Positions 50,237-64,000 of a stretch of 64,000 nucleotides of DNA are shown here, piece by piece. The stretch lies in NCBI RefSeq assembly GCF_009914755.1, contig NC_060931.1; one strand, written 5' to 3'. The position numbers were made by a program, and so were the translations under genes. The notes under the pieces are model-generated. The model was not told where the DNA came from, did no database searches, and was given only the letters and a program-made list of their open reading frames with translations. Position 1 is the first letter of the stretch; every line of letters starts with the position of its first letter. The stretch comes from the human T2T-CHM13v2.0 reference genome, Homo sapiens.

Positions 50237-51091
50237 ACTCAGACCACTCCCAGTTGTCCTTGGCCTCGGCCTAAGGAGCCTGCGATGTTGTATAAAGACT
50301 CTTCCCTTGAGTTGAGAGTTAATAGCATCCTTTGAAACCAGGTTACCTAGCATGTTTTTTCCTTAAAATGCCACAGGGAAATTAAAAGTTTTCTGACGTC
50401 TAGGTACCTAACACCTCTTCCATCTTCCTTGTCCATGTCATCTGTTTATTAATTCACTCCAAAACCCAAAAATGAGCAGCCACTGTATCCCATGCGCTGT
50501 GTTGGTCTCTGTGGTTCTGAATAAATTAAGACAGAATCCCTGACCTCAAGGAAGCCGTATAAGAGACAGACTTGTGAACAAATAGTTATAAAGCCATATG
50601 ACACATGCAATGAGGGAGATGGGCAAGTGCCCTGGAACCAGAGAGGACAAGCCAGCTATGTGGAAGATGTAAAGAGGGTGGGGACAGCAGGGGTAGGGGG
50701 TAGTTGGTGCTGAGCCTTGAAGCAAGAGCTTGCTCCCAAAATAAGAAGACAGAAAGGCTTGCAGAAAGGGAACAAAGCCGGCAAAGGCCAGGTGGCCCCA
50801 GTGAACCTGGCATGATTTGAAATAGCTCAAGCACAGGGTGAGGCAGCATTAGTGTACCAAGAACAAAAGGAAGATTGGGGCTAGGCTGTAAAAGGTTTTT
50901 AATGCCAAATTAAATAGTTTATATTTTATCCAATAGGCAACTGGAACCCACCAGAGGGAGGAAGGGGACATGGTCAGATCTATCTTCCAGCAAAAGCATG
51001 AAGGGCAGATTGGAGGTGCTCAGGAGGAGAGTCAGGGCGTCTGGAGGCAATTGCAGTTTTCAGGCCAAATCACAAGGGCTTAAATGTAGAC

Positions 51092-51303
51092 CAGAAGTTC
51101 TCAGCAGGGCAGCAGTTTTGCCTCCCAGGAAATGACTGGTAATGTCTGAAGACATTTTTGGTTGTCCTGATAGGGCGGTGGCTGCTTTTGGCCTCTAGTG
51201 GGTTGAGGCCAGAGATGCTGCTAGACGTCCTACTACACACAGGACAGGCCCGTGAGCATGATCAGGCTCAAACTATCAATGGTGCCAAGGTTAAAAATCC
51301 TTG
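51092..51303. mobile_element. MER20 (hAT-Charlie)
   Basis: aatgtctgaagacatttttggttgtc...ctagtgggttgaggccagagatgctgcta...gtgccaaggtt. Confidence 0.8.
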
Positions 51304-51444
51304 ATGTAGACAATAATAGCTAAGACCGTGAGGCTGGAAAGAAATCCAGAGCTATTTAGGAATTAGAACAGGAAGAACTTCAAAACCAGTTAGATACTGA
51401 CAAGGAGCCAATTGCTATATCTTGAAGGAAATTGTGCAGTCTTT

Positions 51445-51566
51445 GTTTGTTGTTGTTGTGGTGGTGGTGGTGGTGGTGGTTGTTGTTTTGAGACAGGGTC
51501 TCGCTCTGTTGCCCAGGCTGGAGTGCAGTGGCGCAATCACAGCTCACTTCGGCTTCGACTTCCTAG
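51445..51566 (-). mobile_element. Alu 3' fragment with (GTT/GTG)n tail
   Basis: gagacagggtctcgctctgttgcccaggctggagtgcagtggcg. Confidence 0.85.
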
Positions 51567-51853
51567 GTTCATTATGCTTTTGGGTTAATTTCTTACCAGT
51601 GGTATCTGTGATAAATTACAGATTGACAGGGCCACCTCATCAGTAAAGGTGGCTGGAAGATACCACCTTGCTGAGTGAGCAGGTCCAAGCCCCGGGCTGG
51701 TTACAAAGCCAGCTGGTTCTGGAAGTTTTGATTCCTGAGATGGCCAACAACTTACTCACATGCAGAGGGAAAATAACACTTAGAAAGAAAAATAAGAGTT
51801 TTGAAAAGAGAGGGGGGTGAATGAAAAGCCTTTAGGGAAACTGGCTTGTTACT

Positions 51854-51932
51854 AAGACAGATGTGAACTAAACAAGACAGACGTGAACTAAACAAGACAG
51901 ACGTGAACTAAACAAGACAGACGTGAACTAAA
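51854..51932. repeat. 20-bp minisatellite, about 4 copies (AAGACAGACGTGAACTAAAC)
   Basis: Directly visible; one C>T difference in copy 1. Confidence 0.95.
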
Positions 51933-52248
51933 TCAACTCTCTGATCTTATGGAGCAGGGGAAGGGGAAAAGTCAAGGAGCCCTCACACACACTCACCACA
52001 TCTCAGGGCCCCTGGAGTCCTCTGTATTACCCTCATTCATACCTCCCCAACTGTAACCATCATCATCATCATAGCTAACCATGATCATCATCATCATAGC
52101 TAACATTTATTGAGTGATTTCTATGTGTCAAAAACATTAGTTAGGTGCTTTACATACCTTTTACCTCATCTGATGCCAACGATTTTGTCATACCTTCATA
52201 TCCATTATTGTGCCTGTTTCACAAATGAGAAAACTGAGTGAGGTTTAA

Positions 52249-52559
<311 letters not shown>

Positions 52560-52579
52560 AAAAAATTAACTTCTTTACC

Positions 52580-55950
<3,371 letters not shown>

Positions 55951-58629
55951 AAGTTAACCGCTTTTCCCACATAACATCCAACTAAAAGAAGTAGAACCTG
56001 GATTCAAACTCAGGCCTTATGGCTCTATATCCTGTACCAGTAACCATGCTGCTATATTTCCTTCCAAAATTGTGCTCAGCAAAGGGCTGCACAGAGGCAG
56101 TGACTGTTCTGGTGATTTCTGAAGTCCTACATGCTACCTCCAATATGCACCTGGAATGTCATAGTCACCAAAATGGTTTAACACAAATACATCCCTTCAC
56201 CACACAAGGTCACATGTCTACCAACACAAATTCTTTATTTCAAAGATCAGCAACATATTTTAACTTCTGCTTCCTGATTTTCTGGCCTCTTGATTTTTTT
56301 CTTCTTTAAGAATCCAATGCACATTTCATGAGGTAGCTACTAAAGAGAGCCAGGAGGAAGGAAGAATTCTGCTGTGTCTACTGCCCAGCCCCAGCTGCCA
56401 GACACAGCTGCAGCTGGAGGGAGGAATGTGGGATTTGACGGGGAAGCTGTCAGCTGGCCAGCACTGCCAGGCATGGTCAGTGAAGATACAAAGAGCGCCT
56501 GGAGGACCCAGCCCTGGTCTCTGACTCCTCACAAAGGTCTCCTTGGGGCTCCCTCCACCCTTGCCCCTCATGTGCCTTGGGATCCAGCATCAAAGTCCAG
56601 AAGTGGGCTCAGCCAGCAGCCAGCCATGCTCACACACTGAAGCATCCTGACTCAGCTCCTGGCTGCCCCAGCAGAGCAGAACCTCTGCCCGAACTTGGGG
56701 TCACCTGGCTCTTCTCTCTGGAGTCTCATATCCCAGCCCTCAGCAAATCTCCCCCAGCCTCCCTTCCAGCTACATCCAGAATGTGGCCACTTCTCATCAC
56801 TTCCACCCCTGCAACCCTGGCCTGGCAACCAGCCTTGCCCCCCAAGACTATTGCAACCACCCCCCGGCCTGCTCTCTGCTCCTGCCATCATTGCAGCCTT
56901 CACTCTTTTGCATTCTGTCTCCCCCAGCACCTCCAGATAGCACTTGCTAGAGGCAGGTCAGTTTTGGCCTCTGCACGAACCTGACAGAGGCTTCCCAAGT
57001 GGCTCAGAGTAAAATCCCAGTGACAGCCTTGGAGGCGAGGGCGTTTGGTCACTCTCTGAATCCACCTGCCACCACTTGCCCCTGGCGACAGCAGTCCCCT
57101 CACTCTGCATCAGGGACTTTGCATTCCTTGCTACTTCAGCCTGAAATGCCCCCGCCACCAGGCATCCTTGTGGCCCACTCCTTCACCACATTGAGGAGAA
57201 GAGGAGTCCCCTTTCTGAAAGGTCAGGCCCTGCCCCCACCACATGCCCCTGCTCTGTTTTCCCCTGAGCATGTGCCCCACTGGAACACACTGGGTCACCA
57301 CTTGCCGCCAACGCCTGCAGGACACCTCTCTGAACACCCGTGACACCTCATGGCACCTCTGCTGTCAGAGCTTCACTAGGACTCACCAGACTAAGCAGAC
57401 AGTTATACCCACGGCCAACACACAGCAAGGACACAGCGGGGTCTGGAGGGGTCAGGGCACAGACTCGCTGAGCTCTCCCTCCCATGAAGGCTGCACAGAG
57501 CATACCCTGCGCCCTGCATCTCCCCAGGGAAGTAGAAGCTCAGAGCTGGGGCAGAGGTTGGGGCTGGTCACGTAGGCACACTCTCTGCCCACCACAACTA
57601 ACAAGATTCCAGATTCCCAATAGGAAAGCAGGTGTTCACTAATCACATAGTCTGTAAAAACAGTCAGCAGGCCGGCACAGCGGGGCAGGATCCTGAAAGT
57701 TAAGTTCCCAGATGCCAGCCCAGGGCCAGCCCCTGTCATCAGCTGTCCCAGTGAGGAGGTCTGCTGTGAAGGCTCACAAGCTTCGCTGTTGGATAGTCTT
57801 CACTAAAATATGAGCTCCATAGAGGCTTTGGTTTTGTTTGTTCGTTGCTGTGTCTCCCTGGTGCAGAATGAGTGCTCCATAAACATTTGTTGAATGAATT
57901 AAGGACTGTCAAGTATAAGCCCACCAGCCAGTGGCAGAAGCAGGGCTAGCACCTGGAGATGAACGTTCTCCCCTCTCTGGGTGGGGCTGCCCAAGCCATC
58001 AGGACCTCACCAGGGCCCCTTATGACCAATGGCCCTGCCTCGGAAAATGGTGGAATTTTCTTTTTTACAAACCCACCTTCCCTAATCAGGGACAAAAGCT
58101 ATGATGTTGGCTTCATTCACATAAAGATCTAATCGAATGAGCTTCCCTGGTGTACCCCCAGTAGGTCCTGGTGCAGGCGCGGGTTGCTCTGTTTCTTCTC
58201 TGTGGTTTCGTGGAAACAATCCCACTCTCTAGATCCTCTCAAATTAGCTCTGACAGGTTGTGACTTTCTGAAAGCAAAATATCAAGATTTAGCCACAGGA
58301 CATGGTGAGCTGTGACCTCTGGCTTCCTAGCTCCACCTTTGTATATAGCGCTGCCCCTCCTTAGGCCTGGACCTCCTTAAGAAAGGCAAGCAGCGAACAA
58401 CTGACAGGATACGGTCTTTGCCCAAGTGCTATCTCTAACTGTCAGCAATCATTAATTCCACAAGCGAGGAACCACACCTCAGAAACCAAGGTCACCTTCA
58501 GTATGGAGGGGCCAGCCCCAGCCAGGGAGCAGGAAGAGAGGTGGCAAGGCAACAGACCCCAAATTTCAAGTGTGACATCTCAAGTTCCCCAGCCACAGTG
58601 CACACAAACATGAGCAGAAACAATGGCCT

Positions 58630-58765
58630 TGGCCAGACATGGTCACTCATGCCTGTAATCCCGGCACTCTGGGAGGCCAAGGCAGGAGGATCACTTGAGG
58701 CCAGGAGTTCAAGACCAGCGTGGGCAACACAGCATGACCCCGTCTCTACAAATATATATATGTAT
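58630..58765 (+). mobile_element. Alu left monomer (FLAM/AluJ)
   Basis: ggccagacatggtcactcatgcctgtaatcc...cccgtctctacaaa. Confidence 0.85.
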
Positions 58766-59260
58766 ATAACAACAGACTTACCAGCTTTTCTGCACAAGGA
58801 TTCTGTTCGCCTCAGCTTTCCCAGTGCCTCTCTAGAGGGCTTCTCTATCTCCTCTGTCTCTATAGGATTCCCACAAGCCCCTCTTCACCCCCACACTTCT
58901 CTAGAAGCGCATAGGGAGGTTCCTCACTCTACCTCCTCCTTCCAGACACACCACCTGCCCTTCCTCAGCACAGCGACACAAACCGCACCCCACTCCCCGC
59001 ATCAGCCCTGACCTTTTCCCATGTTGGGAAACACACCACATCTCAGTTCAGGACTCTGCTCCTACCCCCACTCACACTCCCACTCCCACCCCCGCCCCTG
59101 CCCAGTGTGTCCTCTTCCTCCTAAGTCCCTCGTGTATCGCAAAACCCCACACAGGCTCTACCTTGTGGATCCTCGGGGCAGCAGCCCCCCAGGGCACAGG
59201 GCTTGGAATTCACTCACTGGCCAAGGACCATGCTCTCTGCAATGAGGCAGGTAAAGAAGG

Positions 59261-59695
59261 TGTGCTGGGTTGCATAGCATCCCCCTAAAAATTCATGTCC
59301 TCCCTGGAACCTCAGAATATGGTCTTATTTGGAAATAGGGTCGTTGCAGATGAATTAGTTAGGATGATGTCATACTGGAGTAGGGTAGGCCCTCAATACA
59401 ATCACTGGTGTTCTTGAAAATAGAGGTACTGAGACAAGGAGGACGCCATGTGAGGACAGAGATTGGAGTGACATGGCCACAAGCCAAGGCACTGAGGGAC
59501 ACCAAGGATTGCTGGCAACACAGAAGCTGGAAGAGGAGAGGAAGGACCCTCTTCTTGAGCCTCCAAAGGGAGCATGGCCCTGCCTACACCTTGATTTCAC
59601 ACTTTAGGCCTCCAGAACTGTGAGACAACCCATTTCTGTTACTTTAAGCCCCTGTGTGTGGTCCTCTGTGACAGCAGCCATGGAGGCTACTGCAG
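59261..59695 (+). mobile_element. MLT1B/C LTR
   Basis: ggaacctcagaatatggtcttatttggaaataggg...ggcctccagaactgtgag. Confidence 0.8.
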
Positions 59696-60429
59696 AGGGG
59701 ATAGAGTCCCAGGACTTGGGGGCTTGCAGTCTTGAGGGGAATCTCCTTCCAAGCCCTTGCAGGACAGGCCCTTGGGCATCAATGTGTTGCACTTACTCTG
59801 TGCCACCTTGTAATATTAATCCTTCTATGTACATGTTATGGGCCCCGTTACATAAAAAATGCAATTCTTTCTGGTGTGCTTCAGCTCCCTGCCTACACGC
59901 AGTGTTCCTCCCTGCCCTCACTGCATCCTCCAGGTGCGGGACCTGTGGTGGTTCCTGTCCTCAGCCACATCTACCCTGGTGTGAGGACCTGTAGTCACTC
60001 AGTCTGTCTCCCAGGCCTTTCTTTTATTTATTTATGGACGTCCATTGCAGAACTGAATTAATTCTACCTCAGTGCATGGATGTCGTCATCACTGGCCCAT
60101 ACAAGTCCTCTCTCTTGTCTTTCTCACGTGTGTATGTATGTATTCCCACTCCCACCCCCGCCCTCACATCCATTCTAATGTGTATCCACTCTTGAAAGCG
60201 GGTGGCTTGGTGTGTACGTGTTTCCTGTTGTGTAATGGCATCGTGCTATCACTCATCCTGCGTCTTCCATGATCCTGAGATCCCTTCTCAGGAGTGGCTG
60301 TGTGGACATCCATGCCTTTGCACCCGCCAACTGCACAACACCCCATGGTGTGCAGTGACCACTCTCCTGGGGGTGGCACCCCGATGGCCTCCAGCTCCCC
60401 AGCCTCACAGCCACTTGTGTCTGCATCCC

Positions 60430-62055
60430 ACCTCTAGGCCTGGGTGAGAACCTCTTTGACATATATTCCAAGAGACAGAGTTCCTGAGTCTGGAGAGCAT
60501 GCAATTCTCTCATTTGCCCACACCCTGCAAAGTGCCCTCCAGAATGGCTGTGCCATCAATAACCCCTTCCCACAACCACACATAAGGTCCCCGTTTCCCC
60601 ACATCTCTGTCAACACTTGGCATCATCCAGCTTTCCCATGAAAAATTATATCTCGTTGTTGAATGCTTTGCATTTTTCTAGTAACCACTACATTTGAGCA
60701 TCTTTCCATGTGCTCTTTAGCCCTTTGGGGTGCCTCTTCTGCAAGTTACCCTTGGGATTCTTTACCAGGTTTCCATGGGGACTGCTGCCTCTTTCTGACC
60801 GATTTGCAAGAGCTCCTTGTGTATTCTAGATATTAGTCCTGTCACTTTTTGAAAACAGCTTTATTGAGACACACCTTACAATTCACCCATTTAAAGTGTA
60901 TAATTCAATGCATTTTAGTACATTCACAGGTACATGCAGCCATCACCTTCAATTTTAGAACTTTTTAATCACCTCAAAAAGAAACCCCATAAGCATTAGC
61001 TCTCACCCCATCCCTCCATCGCACCCCAGCCCTAAGCAACCACTAATGTGCTTCTCATCTGCTTGAGAGATTTACCTACCCCACACGTTTCATATAAATG
61101 GAATAATGTGGTCTTTTGTGACTGGCTTCTTTCATTTGCCGTAGTGGTTTTAAGGTTCATCCACATTGTGTCATGTAACAGTGATTCCTTCCTTTTTATG
61201 ACTGAATGATGTTCCATTGAGTGGATAGACCACATTTTGTTGACTCATTTATCAATGCAGAGACATATGAGTCGTCTCCACTGTTTGGCTATTGTGAATA
61301 ACACTGCAGTAAACACTCTGGTACAGGTTTCCCCATGGACATAGGCTTTCCTTTCTCTTGAGCATATACCCAGGAGTGGGATTGCTGGGTTATATGATAA
61401 CAACGTTAAGTCATTTGAGGAACAGCCAGACAGTTTTCCGAAGTGGCTGCGTCATCTCACCATGAACTGCCTGTGAGGCTTCCAGTTTCTCTGCCTCCTG
61501 GCCCCACCTGTTATTACCTTGCTTTTGAATTCTAGCCATCCTAGTGGATATAAAGTGGTATCTCCTGGTGGTTTTGATTTGCATCCCCTGATGACTAATG
61601 ACATTGAACAGCTTTCCATGTGCATATTGGCCATTTGTGTATCTTCGTGAGGGGAATATCTATTCAGATCTTTGGCTCATTTTTAATTGGATTATTTGCC
61701 TCTTATTATGGAATTGGAAGAGTTCTTCTTACATTCTAGATATAATTTTCTTATCAGATATATAATCTGTGAATATTTTCTCCCATTCTATGCTTTGTCT
61801 TTTCATTTTCCTGTGGGTGTCCTTTGAAGCATAAAAGTCTTTTAATACTGATGATGTCAATTTATCTATTTTTTTTTCTTTGGTTATTTGTGCTTTGAGG
61901 TCACATCCAAGAATTAGATGTAAAGTCAAGCAGATTTACTCCTATGTTTTCTTTTTAAGAGTTTTACAGTTTTAGCTCTTACATGTATGTCTTTGGTCCC
62001 TTTCGAGTCCGTTTCCGTGTGTGAAAGGGTCTAACTCCATCATGTGCATGTGGCC
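60430..62055 (-). mobile_element. Nested old L1M (L1MB-like) fragments
   Basis: Reverse L1 ORF2 3' end and 3' UTR (acaattcacccatttaaagtgtataattc...). Confidence 0.75.
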
Positions 62056-62849
62056 CCTTTCCCTTTAAATCTTTGCAAGTCTCTTTTCTCGATCCATCCT
62101 CACTCCATTAACTTTGTCGCAGTTTCCTTTGTGGAATGGAAACAGATTGTAGTCCTCAAAATCAGGTTGTTCCTGAAACTCTCTTCTAATCCAAATCCCC
62201 CCAATTCTCTGCGGAGTTGGTGAGCCCATAACTGAGAATACATAACTCACAGTCCTCTTGAACACTGAGGGTGAAAGACGTTAGCATTCATTGTCTTTGT
62301 ATCAATCATCATTTTAACATGGAAGGCAAATCCCCTTCCTCAGAAACACCAAAGACCTTCTGGAATTGCAAGCAAGCTTCAAGTTGACTAAGTGTGTTCA
62401 CCTTCCTTCATCTAGCTGCCAGTGCACACTGAAATGGCTTGCATTGCGGGCAGCAGGAAGGATGATGATGAGAAATACAAAACCCCTATAACCACAAAGC
62501 GGTGTGCAATCCCTGAGCAACCAAACCTTGGTAATGGGGGATGATGACCCCTTGGCACTCCTGAGCCACGAACTTTTCCTGACTCTATTCTTTCCTTTCC
62601 AACTAGGAGTTACCCCGGTCACCACGTTCGCCCTTCTCAACCTGACTAAGTGGGCGTTAGCACTGTCCGCCCACTGCATGGGCACTACCTGCCCCAGTGT
62701 CCTCTCCCCTCTCCGCTCTGTGCCATAGCCTTAGCTACCCTGGCCAGCTTTCTCCCAGCCAAGTCCTTCCTCCTTTCTGAATCTGGTCAGGGTCTCAAAG
62801 ATCGTTAAAAAGCCGCCAAAGTTTGCAACTCGTCTTGAGTGGCTGCTCC

Positions 62850-63270
62850 TCCCAAACGGTTCTGCCTCTGGTGTCTTGTTCTAGGAGCGGTTGAATTCTC
62901 TGTTTTGCTGTGGGTGCCAGCCTCTATCAGCCCCTGCCCTGGTCCATCTGTCAGCTTCAGGTAAGACTACCGGCTAGGAAATGGCCCCTTGTCCTTATCT
63001 CTGCCTCTAAAATATGCCACCTAAATTAACAGATCGTGGCATTGCATGGCTCGTCACAGAGAAGCCAAGGCAAATTCTTGTGGAAGGCGGCACTTGTCTG
63101 GAAACAGACTCAGGACAAGTGTGCTGCACAGCCAGCTTCCTCAAACCCACTCTCGCCACTGTAGCTGCCCACAGAGGCACCTCCCAAGCCATAGGCCCCT
63201 CCTAGGCCAGCTCAGGCCTCACCTTGTCCCTCCCTGCAGGGCGGGGTCTGATTGACTTCAAGAAGGAGTC
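62850..63270 (+). promoter_or_regulatory. AOC1: AOC1 proximal promoter region
   Basis: GC box GGGCGGGG at 63239-63246 just upstream of the exon; unique sequence. Confidence 0.65.
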
Positions 63271-63328
63271 AGAGATCAGCTTAAGGGCAAAGGCTGGAAG
63301 CAGAGCGAACTGGGAGCAGAGCACACAG
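63270..63328 (+). other. AOC1: AOC1 (diamine oxidase) non-coding exon 1 (5' end approximate); CDS lies beyond the window
   Basis: ggctggaagcagagcgaactgggagcagagcacacag matches the recalled AOC1 5' UTR; donor CAG|gtgcgt at 63329; known gene order TMEM176B-TMEM176A-AOC1. Confidence 0.8.
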
Positions 63329-63709
63329 GTGCGTTCTGATGGGTATTCGGGAGAGTCAAGAAGGGGCTGACCTGGAGGACAGAAAAGCAGTGGAAGGAGG
63401 GCACAGAGTGAGGGGCAGAAGAAACAGGACACAGAGGGAGGAGGGCCAGGAAGTGAGGGCGGGAGCCCAGCACATCACAGAAGGTGCCCGGGTGCTTGGT
63501 GGCAGGCAACAGCCGGCCAGGGTGGAGTGGGGAAAGCTCAGAGAGGAGGGTGAGCAGGGAGAGGGCTTGCTTCCTGTTCCTGCCTGGAGGTCTCACCAGC
63601 CACCACCCCCACTGCCACTGCACATGGGGACAGAGGTTTGTCCTGGGGAAAGCAAAGGTCTCTTCCACATCTTTCTCCTTCCTGGAAAAGCAAAAAGAAA
63701 CGTGGGTAT

Positions 63710-64000
63710 AAGAGGTTGTAAAAAAGGAGACCCAGCCGTGAAAGGACATGGAGGTACCCTAAATGCACACTGCCAAGCAAAAGAAGCCAATCTGAAAAGG
63801 CTGCAGACTGTAAGATTCCAAATACAGGACGTTCTGGAAAAGGCAAAACTATGGAGACAATAAAAAGAGCAGTGATTGCTAGGGTTTCGGAGGAAGAGGT
63901 GGAGCACAGAAGATTTTGGGGGAGGTGGAACTATTCTGTGTGATATTCTAATGGTGGATCCATGTCATTGTCCGTTTGTCCAACCCATAGAATATGCAGC
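63710..64000 (+). mobile_element. L1M 3' UTR fragment in AOC1 intron 1
   Basis: aagaagccaatctgaaaaggct...ggaaaaggcaaaactatggagaca. Confidence 0.75.

Noticed and set aside
51854-51932. CRISPR-like short repeats
   Set aside because: Head-to-tail units without spacers in human DNA; a minisatellite.
63276-63907. ORFs of 100-174 aa near the window end
   Set aside because: They lie in AOC1 intron 1 and run into an L1 fragment; no AOC1 protein sequence is present in the window.

Overview
Human (primate) genomic DNA, recognisable as the 7q36.1 TMEM176B-TMEM176A-AOC1 locus. TMEM176B (minus strand, 6 coding exons, 270 aa, CDS 7329->2302) and TMEM176A (plus strand, 6 coding exons, 235 aa, CDS 12312->15639) lie head-to-head around a shared CpG island. 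A repeat-rich interval follows, with a full-length but disabled L1PA (about L1PA6, 16-bp TSD), older L1M pieces, Alus, solo LTRs and DNA-transposon fossils. The window ends in the promoter and first non-coding exon of AOC1 (diamine oxidase). Two observations go beyond the standard annotation. (1) A chain of phase-compatible, plus-strand GT-AG exons from about 36.0 to 51.8 kb lies downstream of an orphan GC-box/CCAAT/YY1/RFX promoter and reads like a decayed protein-coding gene (candidate unitary pseudogene). (2) Three short insertions (29.3, 30.3 and 41.1 kb) interrupt old L1/Alu copies and match sequence in a 2-kb donor zone at 31.9-34.0 kb, consistent with repeated locally templated repair. 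Repeat subfamily names come from memory of consensus sequences. Repeat boundaries without a stated TSD are approximate.
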